From an uncultured Candidatus Saccharibacteria bacterium (GTDB taxonomy: Bacteria > Patescibacteriota > Saccharimonadia > Saccharimonadales > JAGPDM01), in contig CAZUNB010000001.1 in assembly GCA_964622235.1 (NCBI GenBank), forward strand, positions 9,360-73,359: a DNA stretch of 64,000 bases, given 5' to 3'. Each line of letters begins with the position of its first letter. Within the stretch, counting starts at the first letter, position 1. Shown here piece by piece: positions 18,817 to 29,783 of this stretch. The notes beneath the pieces are model-generated. The model was not told the DNA's origin and made no database searches. It saw only the letters and a program-made list of their open reading frames with translations. Made by a program: the position numbers and the translations under genes.

Positions 18817-19476
18817 ATGATCAGTGTTTCCCAAGCTTTGGAAGACGTTCTTGAACGCTCGCCTAACCTCAAAGGTTCTCTGATTGGTGGTATCTTGAAC
18901 GTGACAGCCTTAGCCCGCAGGATACAGCCAGAACTCGTCGCTAGCCTACAGAAACCTGTCAGTGTCGCTAGTATTGTTATGGCTCTGAATCGGCTAGAGA
19001 AGAAGCACAAGGACTATAATATGGCCGATGTGCGCGATTATATCGGTGATATGACAATCAAAAGTTTAGTTACAGTAGCGAAATTCCCAAACAGTAAATA
19101 CAGCCTAAATATTTCCGCAAACATTATGCAAGAAGCCCAGGATATCGGTGCATACCTTTCGTTAGTGAAGGGCGTTCGAGAAACGACCATTATAACCGAC
19201 CCAATGATGCGTTCGATGATCGATGATCAGCTTGCAACGATTGAAGACAAGCATTTTATCGAAGGTCTGGGTGCATTAATGATTCGACTAATTGGAAAAC
19301 ACCATAGAACTCCAGGAATTTTTCAGTTTATGGTGCAATTACTAGCATGGCGCGGAATTTCAATTGTTGAGATGCTTTATATCGAAGAAGACGTGGTCTT
19401 AATCGTCGATCAAACAGAGGTAGATAAAGCTTTTGAAGCCTTACGTCGTGCTAGCCAGAGCAAAGTCAACTATTGA
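18817..19476 (+). CDS. ACT-domain-like protein (aspartate-kinase C-terminal-like) with putative N-terminal DNA-binding region
   Basis: G.LN.TALAR.I.P..SIVMALNR N-terminus; TPGI...LAWRGISIVE ACT-like C-terminus. Confidence 0.65.
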   Translation: MISVSQALEDVLERSPNLKGSLIGGILNVTALARRIQPELVASLQKPVSVASIVMALNRLEKKHKDYNMADVRDYIGDMTIKSLVTVAKFPNSKYSLNISANIMQEAQDIGAYLSLVKGVRETTIITDPMMRSMIDDQLATIEDKHFIEGLGALMIRLIGKHHRTPGIFQFMVQLLAWRGISIVEMLYIEEDVVLIVDQTEVDKAFEALRRASQSKVNY

Positions 19477-19511
19477 AGTTAACCAATATAATCGTTAGGC
19501 TATAAAGTGAT

Positions 19512-19901
19512 ATGGCAACAATTTTTGAAAAAATAATTGCACGTGAAATCCTAGCACAGATTGTTTACGAAGACGAGAGAACTATCGCATTCCTCGACAT
19601 AGCTCCGGTGAGCCGCGGCCACACACTGGTCGTACCAAAGACAGTTGTTGATCAGATTGATGATCTATCAGAAAATGATTATCAGAACCTCATGCTCGTC
19701 AGCCGAAGAATTGCTCGTAATTTGCGAGTAAAACTAGCTCCATTGCGAATTGGCCGTTTAGTGTACGGCCTCGACGTTCCACACGTCCATATTCATTTGA
19801 TTCCACTTTATACTGGAAAAGAGATGCAACTTGAGAACAAGGGAGAGCCTGTCGAGAGCACCGAACTTTTAGCAACGCTTCAAGAGGTAAAAATCTCGTA
19901 G
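19512..19901 (+). CDS. HIT family hydrolase
   Basis: TIFEKII, FLDIAP..GHTLVVPK, HVHIHL histidine triad. Confidence 0.93.
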   Translation: MATIFEKIIAREILAQIVYEDERTIAFLDIAPVSRGHTLVVPKTVVDQIDDLSENDYQNLMLVSRRIARNLRVKLAPLRIGRLVYGLDVPHVHIHLIPLYTGKEMQLENKGEPVESTELLATLQEVKIS

Positions 19902-20073
19902 GATTAATATTCTTCCGTCATTTTAAATCTATCCCAACTTTGGCAGCAAGCTCAAAGAAAAACTAGATTTTATTATTATAAAAACTCATAAGAAAGTTAG
20001 ACCAGATTATATAAGTCTGATTTTATACTATTTGATAGAAGGTTTTGATTAAGGATGGAGTCGTCAAGAAGCC

Positions 20074-22713
20074 TTATTCTTCAATTTTAACTAAACTGCC
20101 TTCGATAGATTCAATTTGCTTAGTAAGACGTTCAATCTGGGTGACTAGCTCAGCTAACTGAGTGCGGCTCTCTTCTATTAGTTGTGGTGGCGCCTTCTCT
20201 AAGTATTTCTTGTTCTCAAGTCTAATAGCGATATTTTTGTGCTGTTTGCTAATCTCCGACTTTTTCGTAATTAGACCAAAAAGATACTGTTTCGTCACAC
20301 CAGTCGCAACATCGAGCCAACAGTTGATATCAGTCGATACTAAATGAAGTCCATGACCATCTCGAACTTCTACGACATCAGAGACCAGGGTCATACCAAT
20401 AACAACATCTTTATACTCATCCAGAAACCGACTACCTTTATGATAAAGAGTATTATCTTCGAGCTGCAACTCACTGCGAAGGTTGCGAATTTCGGAAACA
20501 ATATTTATGATTTGTTCAAAACCACTAGCAGCTTGCTGATCAAAATTAACTGGAGCAACTGGCCACTGACTTGAAATTAGCAACTTGTCAGCTTGAGCTT
20601 GATTAAGGTAGCTCCACAAAGTTTCGGTCACAAAAGGCGCTAGTGGATGTGCAAGTTGTAGTACTTGACGGAAAACAGCAATTAACAGAGGTGGATTTGA
20701 TTGTATCTTGCTAACCTCAACATACCAGTCAGCCAAATCATCCCACAAAAACCGATATAATTCTGCGCCAGCATCACTCAGTCTATGGTTCTCGAATGAT
20801 GCGGTAATAAGTTCAGTTGTTTGTGCTAGTTTATGCAAAATCCAGTGATCTGCTGAAGACTGAGCAACTGCCACAGTTTGATAATCCTCACGCTGAGCCT
20901 TATTAGCGATGTAGCGTCCGACATTCCAAAGCTTGTTGCAGAAATTACGATAGCCAGCAATCTTCTCTTCATAAAGTCGACTATCGTTACCAGGTGTTTG
21001 CCCAATCAACATTGACAAACGCAGCGCATCAGCACCAAACTTATCAATCATCTCAATCGGATCAATCGTACCCTTTGGGTTACTTTTACTCATTTTTTTG
21101 CCATCGCGACTACGCACTAAGCCATGGAAGTAAACTGTTTTGAACGGTACTTGGCCTGTAGCATAGGTTGTCATCAATATCATCCTAGCGACCCAGAAAA
21201 AGATAATGTCGTAGCCAGTTTCAAGCAAAGTCGCTGGGTGAAACCGCTGGTAGTCGGGGCTTTTCTCGAGTAATTCTTGCAAGCTAACGTCTGGGTTGCG
21301 AGCTAGATCTTTGTCAAGCAAGGTTGCAAACGTCCATAGCCCTGAACTGAACCACGTATCGAGAGTATCCTCGTCTTGATGCCAATTCTCAGGGTCGTCC
21401 GGACCGCTAACTGAAACATGCGTCTCGCCGCCCTTGTACCACACAGGAATTCTGTGGCCCCACCAAATCTGGCGACTAATGCACCAGTCGTGCAGGTTAT
21501 CAATCCAGTTGTAATACGTTTTATCCATCCGCTCAGGCAATAGAGCAATTTCTTTTTCTGCAACTACAGCTTTCATGACTTGTTTCAAGCTCATCAACTT
21601 GTCATTCCATTTGACGACCTCTTTATTGACATCGACCCACCACTGGTTCATGATCTGTGGCTCGATAATACCTTTGCCACGTTCATTCAGACTAAGGTTA
21701 TGGACATAGTCGCTTTTAGTTTCAAGTAATAATCCCATATCACTGAGTTTTTGAACGATTTGTGGCCGTGCTTCTTCGATGCGCATGCCTGCAAATTCTT
21801 TAGCTATTGGTAAAAGCTTGCCAGTTTCGTCGATAATTTGCTGTTTATCGAGGTTGTGCCTCTCGGCAATCTCGAAATCGGTGGCATCATGCCACGGGGT
21901 GATAGTCATAGCACCGGTACCGAACTCAGGATCAGCTGCTTTGTCTTTGATCACCGTACCGGTTATTGGACCGTTAAGCCACTCCAGCTCAAAGGTTTGC
22001 CCATGTTCAAACTGTTTATAGCGCTCATCATCTGGATGAACTACTACATATTTATCGCCAAATTTCGTCTCTGGCCGAGCCGTACTTATCTGGAATGGAC
22101 CGTATTGAAGTGTATAAAGATTAGTCGTTTCTTCGCGTCTTTCGACTTCATCGTCTGATACAGTTGTCTGGAGATTTGGGTCCCAGTTAACGATTCGGTT
22201 CCCGCGGTAGATTAAGCCATCATTAAACATCTGAACAAAGACATCGTTAACCACTCGATTCATCTCTGGCTCCATAGTGTAGCGCTCACGACTCCAGTCA
22301 ACAGATGAGCCCATAGCCCTTATTTGGTTTCGAATTTGGTCACGACTTGACTCGACGAAGCTTTGAATTTCCTCGAGAAGTTTTTCACGGCCGAGCTGCT
22401 CGCGCGGGTTTACAATACCTCGCTCCTCGATCAGTTTCTTAATAACCACACTTTCAGTAGCAATAGCGGCGTGATCGGTACCTGGTAGCCAGAGTGCTGC
22501 CTTGCCATTCATCCGGGCATAGCGGGTGAATGCGTCTTGAACAGCAGCACCGATACTATGGCCAACGTGTAGCACGCCGGTAGCATTGGGTGGTGGAAGC
22601 GGGATATAGAAGGTCTCGGCACCATCTCCAGGTTGAAAGGCACCAGATTCTTCCCAGCGGCGGTAAATATCTTCTTCATACTGGGCAGGATTATAGGTTT
22701 TTGGTAAATTCAT
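20074..22713 (-). CDS. valS: Valine--tRNA ligase
   Basis: PPPNATG.LHVGH, PGTDHA, WCISRQIWWGH, DTWFSS, KMSKS, C-terminal coiled coil. Confidence 0.97.
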   Translation of the reverse strand: MNLPKTYNPAQYEEDIYRRWEESGAFQPGDGAETFYIPLPPPNATGVLHVGHSIGAAVQDAFTRYARMNGKAALWLPGTDHAAIATESVVIKKLIEERGIVNPREQLGREKLLEEIQSFVESSRDQIRNQIRAMGSSVDWSRERYTMEPEMNRVVNDVFVQMFNDGLIYRGNRIVNWDPNLQTTVSDDEVERREETTNLYTLQYGPFQISTARPETKFGDKYVVVHPDDERYKQFEHGQTFELEWLNGPITGTVIKDKAADPEFGTGAMTITPWHDATDFEIAERHNLDKQQIIDETGKLLPIAKEFAGMRIEEARPQIVQKLSDMGLLLETKSDYVHNLSLNERGKGIIEPQIMNQWWVDVNKEVVKWNDKLMSLKQVMKAVVAEKEIALLPERMDKTYYNWIDNLHDWCISRQIWWGHRIPVWYKGGETHVSVSGPDDPENWHQDEDTLDTWFSSGLWTFATLLDKDLARNPDVSLQELLEKSPDYQRFHPATLLETGYDIIFFWVARMILMTTYATGQVPFKTVYFHGLVRSRDGKKMSKSNPKGTIDPIEMIDKFGADALRLSMLIGQTPGNDSRLYEEKIAGYRNFCNKLWNVGRYIANKAQREDYQTVAVAQSSADHWILHKLAQTTELITASFENHRLSDAGAELYRFLWDDLADWYVEVSKIQSNPPLLIAVFRQVLQLAHPLAPFVTETLWSYLNQAQADKLLISSQWPVAPVNFDQQAASGFEQIINIVSEIRNLRSELQLEDNTLYHKGSRFLDEYKDVVIGMTLVSDVVEVRDGHGLHLVSTDINCWLDVATGVTKQYLFGLITKKSEISKQHKNIAIRLENKKYLEKAPPQLIEESRTQLAELVTQIERLTKQIESIEGSLVKIEE

Positions 22714-22938
22714 GATTATTAGACCTCAGACTTGTCAAACTGACATAATTATATTAAAAGAAATTATAAATCAAAAAACTTCACGTGAATTGATTTTTCC
22801 GTGATTCTTGCATCCCACAACTGTTATTTATTTGAACAAAACTTGAACAAATAGTTTCTAACATTTTTGTTTTCATGTGCAATTATACCCGACGATTCAC
22901 TAAATTACCAGAAACGTGTTCGGAGCCTACTCAGGTGT

Positions 22939-24021
22939 TTATAATGCCCAATTTGGTTTAATAATTATCGAATCCTCTGAGGTGGGTGAAATATTTAACG
23001 ATAAAGCAGCGGCGGCGATCATAGCCGCGTTGTCAGTGCAATAATGAGGATCGATGAACTGTACGCTGGTGGAAATATTTCGCATCATTTCTTCTCTCAG
23101 TAGCTTATTTGCAGCAACACCACCACCGATAATTACGCTCTTTGGTTTAAATTCCTTTTCTGCTTTTTGCATTTTTCTGATCAATATTTTAATGGCTGTC
23201 ATTTGAAAGCTAGCAGCCATATCGTTAATTTGTTGTTGGTTAAGTCTTGTCGCTAACTGGTAGCTTGGAAATGTATAATCTTCCCCGATGGCTTTTTGTA
23301 GTAGTCGCAGAACGGCAGTTTTTAATCCAGAAAAGCTAAAGTCATATGGAGTATCAACTTTTGGAATTGGCAACTTGAAAGTGTCAGAATTACCGTGCTC
23401 TGCGGCTTTTGTTATTGAAGGACCGCCCGGATAAGCAAGCCCTAGCATCTTGGCAACTTTATCAAAAGCCTCACCAACAGCATCATCTCGGGTTTGTCCC
23501 AGTAGCTTAAAATTATCTACCGACTGAAACAACATAATATTGCTATGGCCACCACTAACAACGAGTGCCAAACAAGGAAACTCTGGTGGTTTTCCTTCCT
23601 TCAGCCACTGCGCTGAGGCGTGACCGATAATATGATGAACCGGAATGATAGGCTTATCGATTACCGTGGCCAGCGTTCTGGCGCTCAGTGTACCCATCAA
23701 CAAGCTACCAGACAAACCAGGTCCTTTTGTAACCGCAATTGCGTCGATTTTCCGCCAAACAGGGTGCTGAGAGTCAAGCAACTCGAGAAGGGATTTATTT
23801 GTTGGTTCATCTGGAAAGGCTTTGTGTAGACTCTCGGCAATTGTGGGTAAAATTGCTTCAAGGTGGGAACGGGAAGCTATCTCTGGAACAACACCACCAT
23901 ACTGTTTCTGAATATCTATCTGACTCGAAACAGCCGAGCTAAGCACTGTTGGCAGCGAATCATCACGTACAACCGCTGCAGCAGTATCGTCACAACTAGT
24001 CTCTATACCTAAAATCGTCAT
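22939..24021 (-). CDS. tsaD: tRNA N6-threonylcarbamoyladenosine transferase TsaD
   Basis: MTILGIETSCDD (start set at 24021), GGVVPEIASRSH, HHIIGH, VSGGH, DDAVGEAFDK, FSFSGLKT, TDNAAMI. Confidence 0.96.
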   Translation of the reverse strand: MTILGIETSCDDTAAAVVRDDSLPTVLSSAVSSQIDIQKQYGGVVPEIASRSHLEAILPTIAESLHKAFPDEPTNKSLLELLDSQHPVWRKIDAIAVTKGPGLSGSLLMGTLSARTLATVIDKPIIPVHHIIGHASAQWLKEGKPPEFPCLALVVSGGHSNIMLFQSVDNFKLLGQTRDDAVGEAFDKVAKMLGLAYPGGPSITKAAEHGNSDTFKLPIPKVDTPYDFSFSGLKTAVLRLLQKAIGEDYTFPSYQLATRLNQQQINDMAASFQMTAIKILIRKMQKAEKEFKPKSVIIGGGVAANKLLREEMMRNISTSVQFIDPHYCTDNAAMIAAAALSLNISPTSEDSIIIKPNWAL

Positions 24022-24063
24022 TGATGATAGTATAACCGATGGAAGATTAAACAAGGAAAAACT

Positions 24064-24381
24064 ATGGATCCATCTCAACAACAGCCACAACTTTCAGCAG
24101 AGCAAGTGCAGAGCCAACAACTAGGATTGATTATAAGTGAGTTGGCACAGCTCAAACAAATATCTACAGCAATCTGGGGCAAGGTCGATAGTGAGATTGA
24201 TCAGATCCGGGCTGACCTTTCTCGGGTGAGTAGCGAAGTCAACCAACTTGGAACTGGCATTCGAAATGTCGAAGTTAAACTCCGTGAAACTGATGGACAA
24301 ATCGACCGCATCGAACGTTTCGAGACAATGCTTCGAAATATCGAGAAGCAAATCAACAATGTCTACTCTAAAATCCGTTAG
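24064..24381 (+). CDS. Hypothetical coiled-coil protein
   Basis: 105-aa heptad-rich ORF with AAGGA SD. Confidence 0.6.
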   Translation: MDPSQQQPQLSAEQVQSQQLGLIISELAQLKQISTAIWGKVDSEIDQIRADLSRVSSEVNQLGTGIRNVEVKLRETDGQIDRIERFETMLRNIEKQINNVYSKIR

Positions 24382-25394
24382 CGCCGAAGCCTCTTATAGA
24401 AATTAAAGACCGAATACGATGGTCTGTCAAAAACCATATCTAGCATAGGATTATGCACTTTAATCTCACCGCCGAAGCCTTGCTTATACTTGGTAACTTT
24501 TTTAATAGTTGGGTAATCATCATCTGATGAACTAGCGCCGCCAATACTGTAATATTTAAGGTCCCTGCGCATGGCCTCTCTCATTGACTCCCACTGTACA
24601 AAGCTTGGCACTCGGAGCTTACGACCTTCGTCGTCTGTTCCTGAGAGGAGGGAGTGGGCGATTGGGCCGTAACTAACAATTAACTTACTACTGATTACCT
24701 TATCCTCTTTGCGAGCTTCGACAAGATAGGCATGCTTGAGCTTATCTGAAATATCGAACAAATTCTGATAATAATCCTTTTTAAAAATCGCAAAACCTTG
24801 TTTCTGTGCGGTAAATTCGAGTAACCGAAAAAAATCATCCAAGCCGGATTTTATATCTGGCTGGATGCTAACTTCAACGCCTTTTTTTGCGCCGTAACGA
24901 ACTGAATAGCGGGTGTTTTTATCAAAACGTGCAAACACCTCATCTTCATTGCTCAAAGGAACGATCATCTCACCACGCGGTCGAAAAGAAGCTTCGGATG
25001 TTACAAACTTTGGTACATCGCGCCAACCACCATCACTCATCATTGAGAAATCGCCATCAACGTCTAGGCGTGAAAAAACAACTTTTCTTTGACTGTTCTT
25101 TGCGTAAAATTCTTTCAGTTTTTTACTGATAAAATTTTGTTGCTGTCTATTTGGAGCTTGTTTAAAAACTTGACAGAAAGGAATATACAGTTAGCTTCGT
25201 CTAGATGGCAGAGGGTGAGATATTGCTTGAAAACAACTCAAGACCTCATCATCTTCACGGAAAACAAACCGATGAACTTCAGATTTATACGACTGCCACT
25301 GCCCATAAAACCAGGCCTGGGTAAACATAGTGCGATCATAAATTTCAAGAGGTCGATAGTCCTGTTCGTTTGTAATTTCATCGAGATAATACAT
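24378..25394 (-). pseudogene. FemABX/MurM-family peptidoglycan bridge transferase interrupted by one in-frame TAA
   Basis: ORFs 25191-25394 and 24378-25043 are in the same frame; FTQAW.YG.W, KNTRYSVRYG.K.GV, KYKQGFGG; single TAA at 25191-25193. Confidence 0.75.
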
Positions 25395-25461
25395 CGAATG
25401 AATACTAGCAAAAAAACCATGCTACTGATAGTCAGCAGTGATTTATGGCATACTAAAGCGC

Positions 25462-26484
25462 ATGAGCTCGACACAGACAATTGATCAAATCGGTAAGGAA
25501 GATTGGAATCAGTTTGTCGCATCTACGGATAACGGCTCAATTCACCAGACAACTATGTGGGCAGACTTTCAAAAAACTTTAAAAAACCGCGGCGAAGTTA
25601 TTGGGGTTGGCTTATTAAAAAATGACAAAGTAGTCGCAACAGCATTGGCGGTTCGGATGCAAACGCGGCTGCCTAACCTATATTGGTACTACTGTGCGCG
25701 TGGGCCAGTCTATACCAGTACAGATGAAGGTAGTGAGATTTTAGCAGCACTTGAAAAAACTGTAGCTCAAAAGAGAGGAGCGTTCCTGCGCTATGACCCC
25801 TATGTTCTGAGCGATGACGAGTTTGATTACAAGACCAGTAAAACCCAGATTGCTGACAAACAAAACTTTCACCCACTCGACAGCTTACTGCTCGATATTT
25901 CACCACCAACAAACGAGATCTTTGCAAGCATGAAGAAAAGAACCAGGTACAACATTCGCATGTCAGAAAAACACGGAGTCACGGTAAAAAGCTACGATGG
26001 TGAAAGCGCTCAGCCAAAACAAATTGATAGTTTCTATAAGCTACTAACCAGAACTGCTGATCGTGATAATTTCACTTCACACAGTAAAAGTTATTATGCT
26101 AATTTTATGAGCTCACTTGGCGCTAATGCGCAGCTATTTATCGCATCACTTGATGATCAGCCAATTGCAGCTAGCATCTTAACGACTTTCGGTGATACTG
26201 CAATCTACTATTTTGCAGCTTCGTCTGATAAGCCTGAACATCGTAAGATTATGCCGAATTATTTACTTCAAGCCGAAATGATACGACACGCAAAAATGAA
26301 GAATTGCACAGACTATGACCTATTTGGCATTGCGCCGGAGAATGAGCCAAATCATAAATATGCTGGCATTGGTCACTTTAAAATGATGTTTGGTGGTCGG
26401 CGAGTCAAGTATCAAGCAGGCAAAGATATCATACTAAGCAAAGCTAAAACTAAGCTGTACTGGGCTGCAAAGCGTATACTGTAA
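25462..26484 (+). CDS. FemABX family lipid II peptidyltransferase
   Basis: W..F....GSIHQT..WADF, YCARGP, MKKRTRYNIR, PNYLLQ, YDLFGI, FKMMFGG; start set at ATG 25462. Confidence 0.9.
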   Translation: MSSTQTIDQIGKEDWNQFVASTDNGSIHQTTMWADFQKTLKNRGEVIGVGLLKNDKVVATALAVRMQTRLPNLYWYYCARGPVYTSTDEGSEILAALEKTVAQKRGAFLRYDPYVLSDDEFDYKTSKTQIADKQNFHPLDSLLLDISPPTNEIFASMKKRTRYNIRMSEKHGVTVKSYDGESAQPKQIDSFYKLLTRTADRDNFTSHSKSYYANFMSSLGANAQLFIASLDDQPIAASILTTFGDTAIYYFAASSDKPEHRKIMPNYLLQAEMIRHAKMKNCTDYDLFGIAPENEPNHKYAGIGHFKMMFGGRRVKYQAGKDIILSKAKTKLYWAAKRIL

Positions 26485-26486
26485 CT

Positions 26487-27794
26487 ATGGAAAGTCTGAA
26501 GAAAAACTTAAAAAAAGTACTACCAAGATCGCTCATCCAGCTCCTGGTCAATCCTTTTCACTTGCTTGAGGCAATAGTTGCAACGATTGTCTATGGTTAT
26601 CCAGCACGAAATCTTGAATTTATAGGTATTACCGGAACTAAAGGAAAAACAACCACTGCAAATATGCTGTCAGAGATTCTAGTTAAAGCCGGCCATAAAG
26701 TGGGGCTGAATTCAACGGCAGTTTTGCGTGTCGATGATGAGGTTTGGGAGAATGACCTCGGCTTAACTACTGCTAACGCCTTTAAACTACAAAAACTTCT
26801 CGCCAGAATGAAAAGAAGCCATTGCGATATTGTAGTTATGGAGGTCAGTAGCCATGCCCTAATTCAACATCGAGTGCTTGGGCTACGGTTTGACACTGTA
26901 GTTTGGACGAATCTTCAGCGGGACCACCTCGACTACCACCACACGATGGAGAAATACGCCAAAGCTAAGGCAAAGCTATTCTCAAAAAACCCGCGACTTG
27001 CTGTAATGAATGCTGATGATTCCTGGGTTGACTACTTTTCTTCAAAACGAGCTGACTCTCAATTATTCTTCGGGTTAGAGCCCGGTAAAGATTCGACAAT
27101 CGTTAAAGCCAAGCTCGGTGCCAGTGGCAGTGCTGCCACCCTAAGAATCGCCGAGCATGAACTAGATATAAGACTTAATTTGCCAGGCAAATTTAATGTT
27201 ATCAATGCTCTGGCAGCCGCCACAACCGCTTATGGAATGGGAGTCAGCCTAGAACACATCAAAGCGGGTATAGAGGCCGTCAAAGCTGTCCCCGGACGCA
27301 TGGAGGTCATCGATGAAGGGCAGGACGCAACGGTGATCGTAGATTTCGCCCACACTGAAGAAAGTCTACGAAATGTGTTAGAAACTATTCGCACAACGCT
27401 GCAAGGACGTTTAATCACTGTACTAGGAGGAGATGGGCAGCGTGATGCCGGCAAAAGAACACCGCTTGGCGAAGTTACAGCGGAGCTTAGTGAGATGGTG
27501 GTCGTTTGCGACCAGGAGCCGTATGATGATGATCCAGATGAGATCCGTGAGCACATATTAGCCGGCGTCAAAAAAGCCCAGACAAAGAAACCCGGCGTTA
27601 TCTACAAGACAATTTTAAATCGTCGTGAAGCGATCCGAGAAGCGCTCAAGTATGGCAAAAAAGGCGACGTTATCGTTGTGACTGGTCTCGGCTGTCAGCC
27701 ATATAGGCAAATGGCTGGCGGTAAGATTGATTGGGACGAACGAAAAGTCGTGCGTGAAGAGCTCCAGAAACTGCAAAAGACGAGAGATAAATAA
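26487..27794 (+). CDS. murE: UDP-N-acetylmuramoyl-dipeptide amino-acid ligase MurE
   Basis: GITGTKGKTTT, MEVSSH, TNLQRDHLDYH, PGRME, VDFAHT. Confidence 0.92.
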   Translation: MESLKKNLKKVLPRSLIQLLVNPFHLLEAIVATIVYGYPARNLEFIGITGTKGKTTTANMLSEILVKAGHKVGLNSTAVLRVDDEVWENDLGLTTANAFKLQKLLARMKRSHCDIVVMEVSSHALIQHRVLGLRFDTVVWTNLQRDHLDYHHTMEKYAKAKAKLFSKNPRLAVMNADDSWVDYFSSKRADSQLFFGLEPGKDSTIVKAKLGASGSAATLRIAEHELDIRLNLPGKFNVINALAAATTAYGMGVSLEHIKAGIEAVKAVPGRMEVIDEGQDATVIVDFAHTEESLRNVLETIRTTLQGRLITVLGGDGQRDAGKRTPLGEVTAELSEMVVVCDQEPYDDDPDEIREHILAGVKKAQTKKPGVIYKTILNRREAIREALKYGKKGDVIVVTGLGCQPYRQMAGGKIDWDERKVVREELQKLQKTRDK

Positions 27795-27827
27795 CAGCTC
27801 AGCCGATGAGAGGCCGGTGGCGAGAGT

Positions 27828-29129
27828 TTAACCTCTCTTATTTGTTCGGCTGCCACCACGAGCCCTAGGGACACCAACCCCTCCTCTGTTGTTGCCATTT
27901 CTATAATTATTCGGCTGTTTTATCCGCTGCGTTACACTAGGATCGGCTGGCAACTCGCGGCCGTGAAATGGATACGAATGACGTTGTCTTGATTGTATTA
28001 CCCCTCTGTATCGCTTTTCAGAAGGCAAGTAAGCTACAAGATCAATCGACGGAGTTATCGGGGCGGGCAACTCTACTGTTATGGTTTTAGTGGTAACACC
28101 AGTCTCTTGTTTTACATCTGGCACCTCAAATGTTACTTCAGCCCTCTGGCCCCTTTTGTCGCCACCAATCACTCTATCTAGAACCCCAGATTGAACATCA
28201 CCATTATTATAGGATTCTACCAGTCGCTGTATAGTAGTTTTTTGATTCTCTGCCTCTCTAGAAACTGCCATGTAGTCTGGTTGAGATAAGACGTCACCTT
28301 CTGGTGCAGTAATCGTAAATTTTTCAGGAAGATCTTTTAAGACACCTTCGCCGTGTAGTTCAGCGATATCTGTCAGCAACACGGCAGCTAACGCGTCTGC
28401 TCTTTCCATTCCAAGATCCTGGTTGGACTCACTTTCTTTTAGTAGTCCTGCGTCTGGGTTTAACTCATCTTCGGCAGAAACAAGTCCTGTTATTGTGATC
28501 TCTTTTATCGAACCGCCTTCTTTGATAGTTTCGACAATTCTTGATAACAATTCAGCATAACCCTCAGGGTTAACAAACCGACTTTCGGCTGAATCACTAA
28601 ATTCTTCAGCATACTCACCAACTGGTAGCTGCGTCTCAACTCGTTCTTCTGTGACGATCCGCTCAACAGGTTGGGATATCGGTACATTACGTTCGACTGT
28701 TGTGATGGTGTTACCAACACCTGGCAAGCGAGCGAAGACGGGGTTTAAGGCCAACCCAGCCGCGACTGCTCCCATTCGTCTCCTTATCTTGTCGGTAACT
28801 CTTACGCGAGGTAAATTCTCGAGTTTACCATCTTCATCTCGATCTGGTCCGACAATACCTTTGTGCTCTCTTTCTGTTCTTGCTTGCTCGACAGAAAAGT
28901 CTGGCAACCTGCCACTATAGGCATCTCGCTGAAAAGTCACACTACCTTCTCCCGCGCTCAAAACCGAATATCCTGCTTTAGCTAGAAGTTCAATAGGCGC
29001 ACCGAAATCTACTGCAAGCTTTTCAACCAAGTGATGTTCACCGTCGCCACCGTTCAACTGATCGTGTGTCATAGCTGGGTCAACTTTAAAGTGTGCCGTA
29101 TCTTCGTGGCTAAGATTTTCTGTTGACAT
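27828..29129 (-). CDS. Hypothetical protein
   Basis: 433-aa ORF, AAAGGA SD, upstream TTGACA-17-TAATGT; acidic body with basic C-terminal tail. Confidence 0.7.
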   Translation of the reverse strand: MSTENLSHEDTAHFKVDPAMTHDQLNGGDGEHHLVEKLAVDFGAPIELLAKAGYSVLSAGEGSVTFQRDAYSGRLPDFSVEQARTEREHKGIVGPDRDEDGKLENLPRVRVTDKIRRRMGAVAAGLALNPVFARLPGVGNTITTVERNVPISQPVERIVTEERVETQLPVGEYAEEFSDSAESRFVNPEGYAELLSRIVETIKEGGSIKEITITGLVSAEDELNPDAGLLKESESNQDLGMERADALAAVLLTDIAELHGEGVLKDLPEKFTITAPEGDVLSQPDYMAVSREAENQKTTIQRLVESYNNGDVQSGVLDRVIGGDKRGQRAEVTFEVPDVKQETGVTTKTITVELPAPITPSIDLVAYLPSEKRYRGVIQSRQRHSYPFHGRELPADPSVTQRIKQPNNYRNGNNRGGVGVPRARGGSRTNKRG

Positions 29130-29287
29130 TTTTTGATTCCTTTTTGTTGTGAATTTTTGTTTATTTTATGTAATATATATGTTTAACATTAACACTAAGT
29201 TTATTATTTGTCAATAATATTCATCAAGAATTTGCCATGATTGTTTATAGCCTGTTGATCTAAACATATAAAATAGGGGGTTTCGTA

Positions 29288-29623
29288 ATGAACACTAGAT
29301 CATTAGCAATCAATTTACTAAACTTTTTCACTTCACTTGTAGAGGGGTTTTTGGCGCTTCGTTTTGCAACTAAACTAATGGGTGCAAACCCTAACAATGG
29401 CTTTATAGCATGGCTCTACGAGATGAGCGGCGTTCTACTCGATCCATTTCAAGGTATTTTCCCAGCTACAGTCTTTGAAAATCGATTTGTGAATGAATTC
29501 TCAACTCTATTCGCTATGTTGATTTATGCCATTATTGCAGTTTTAATAGTTACACCAATTGATACTGTGACCCCATCTAAAAAAGTCTTCTCGCAAATAA
29601 TCGTTGGAGATAAACGAATGTAG
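29288..29623 (+). CDS. YggT family membrane protein
   Basis: LRF..KL.GANP.N.F..W.Y..S..LL.PF.GIF pattern. Confidence 0.78.
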   Translation: MNTRSLAINLLNFFTSLVEGFLALRFATKLMGANPNNGFIAWLYEMSGVLLDPFQGIFPATVFENRFVNEFSTLFAMLIYAIIAVLIVTPIDTVTPSKKVFSQIIVGDKRM

Positions 29624-29783
29624 CGAATCATTCTTTCTCGTCTATTTTATTCTAAAATGAAGCTTTAATGATACGACATTAGTAAAGATTATATGAATAG
29701 AAATCAAATTATATATTTACATTTGCATTTACATTATATATTTATATTACATTTTAGTATATAATATGATATAATATAGTATT

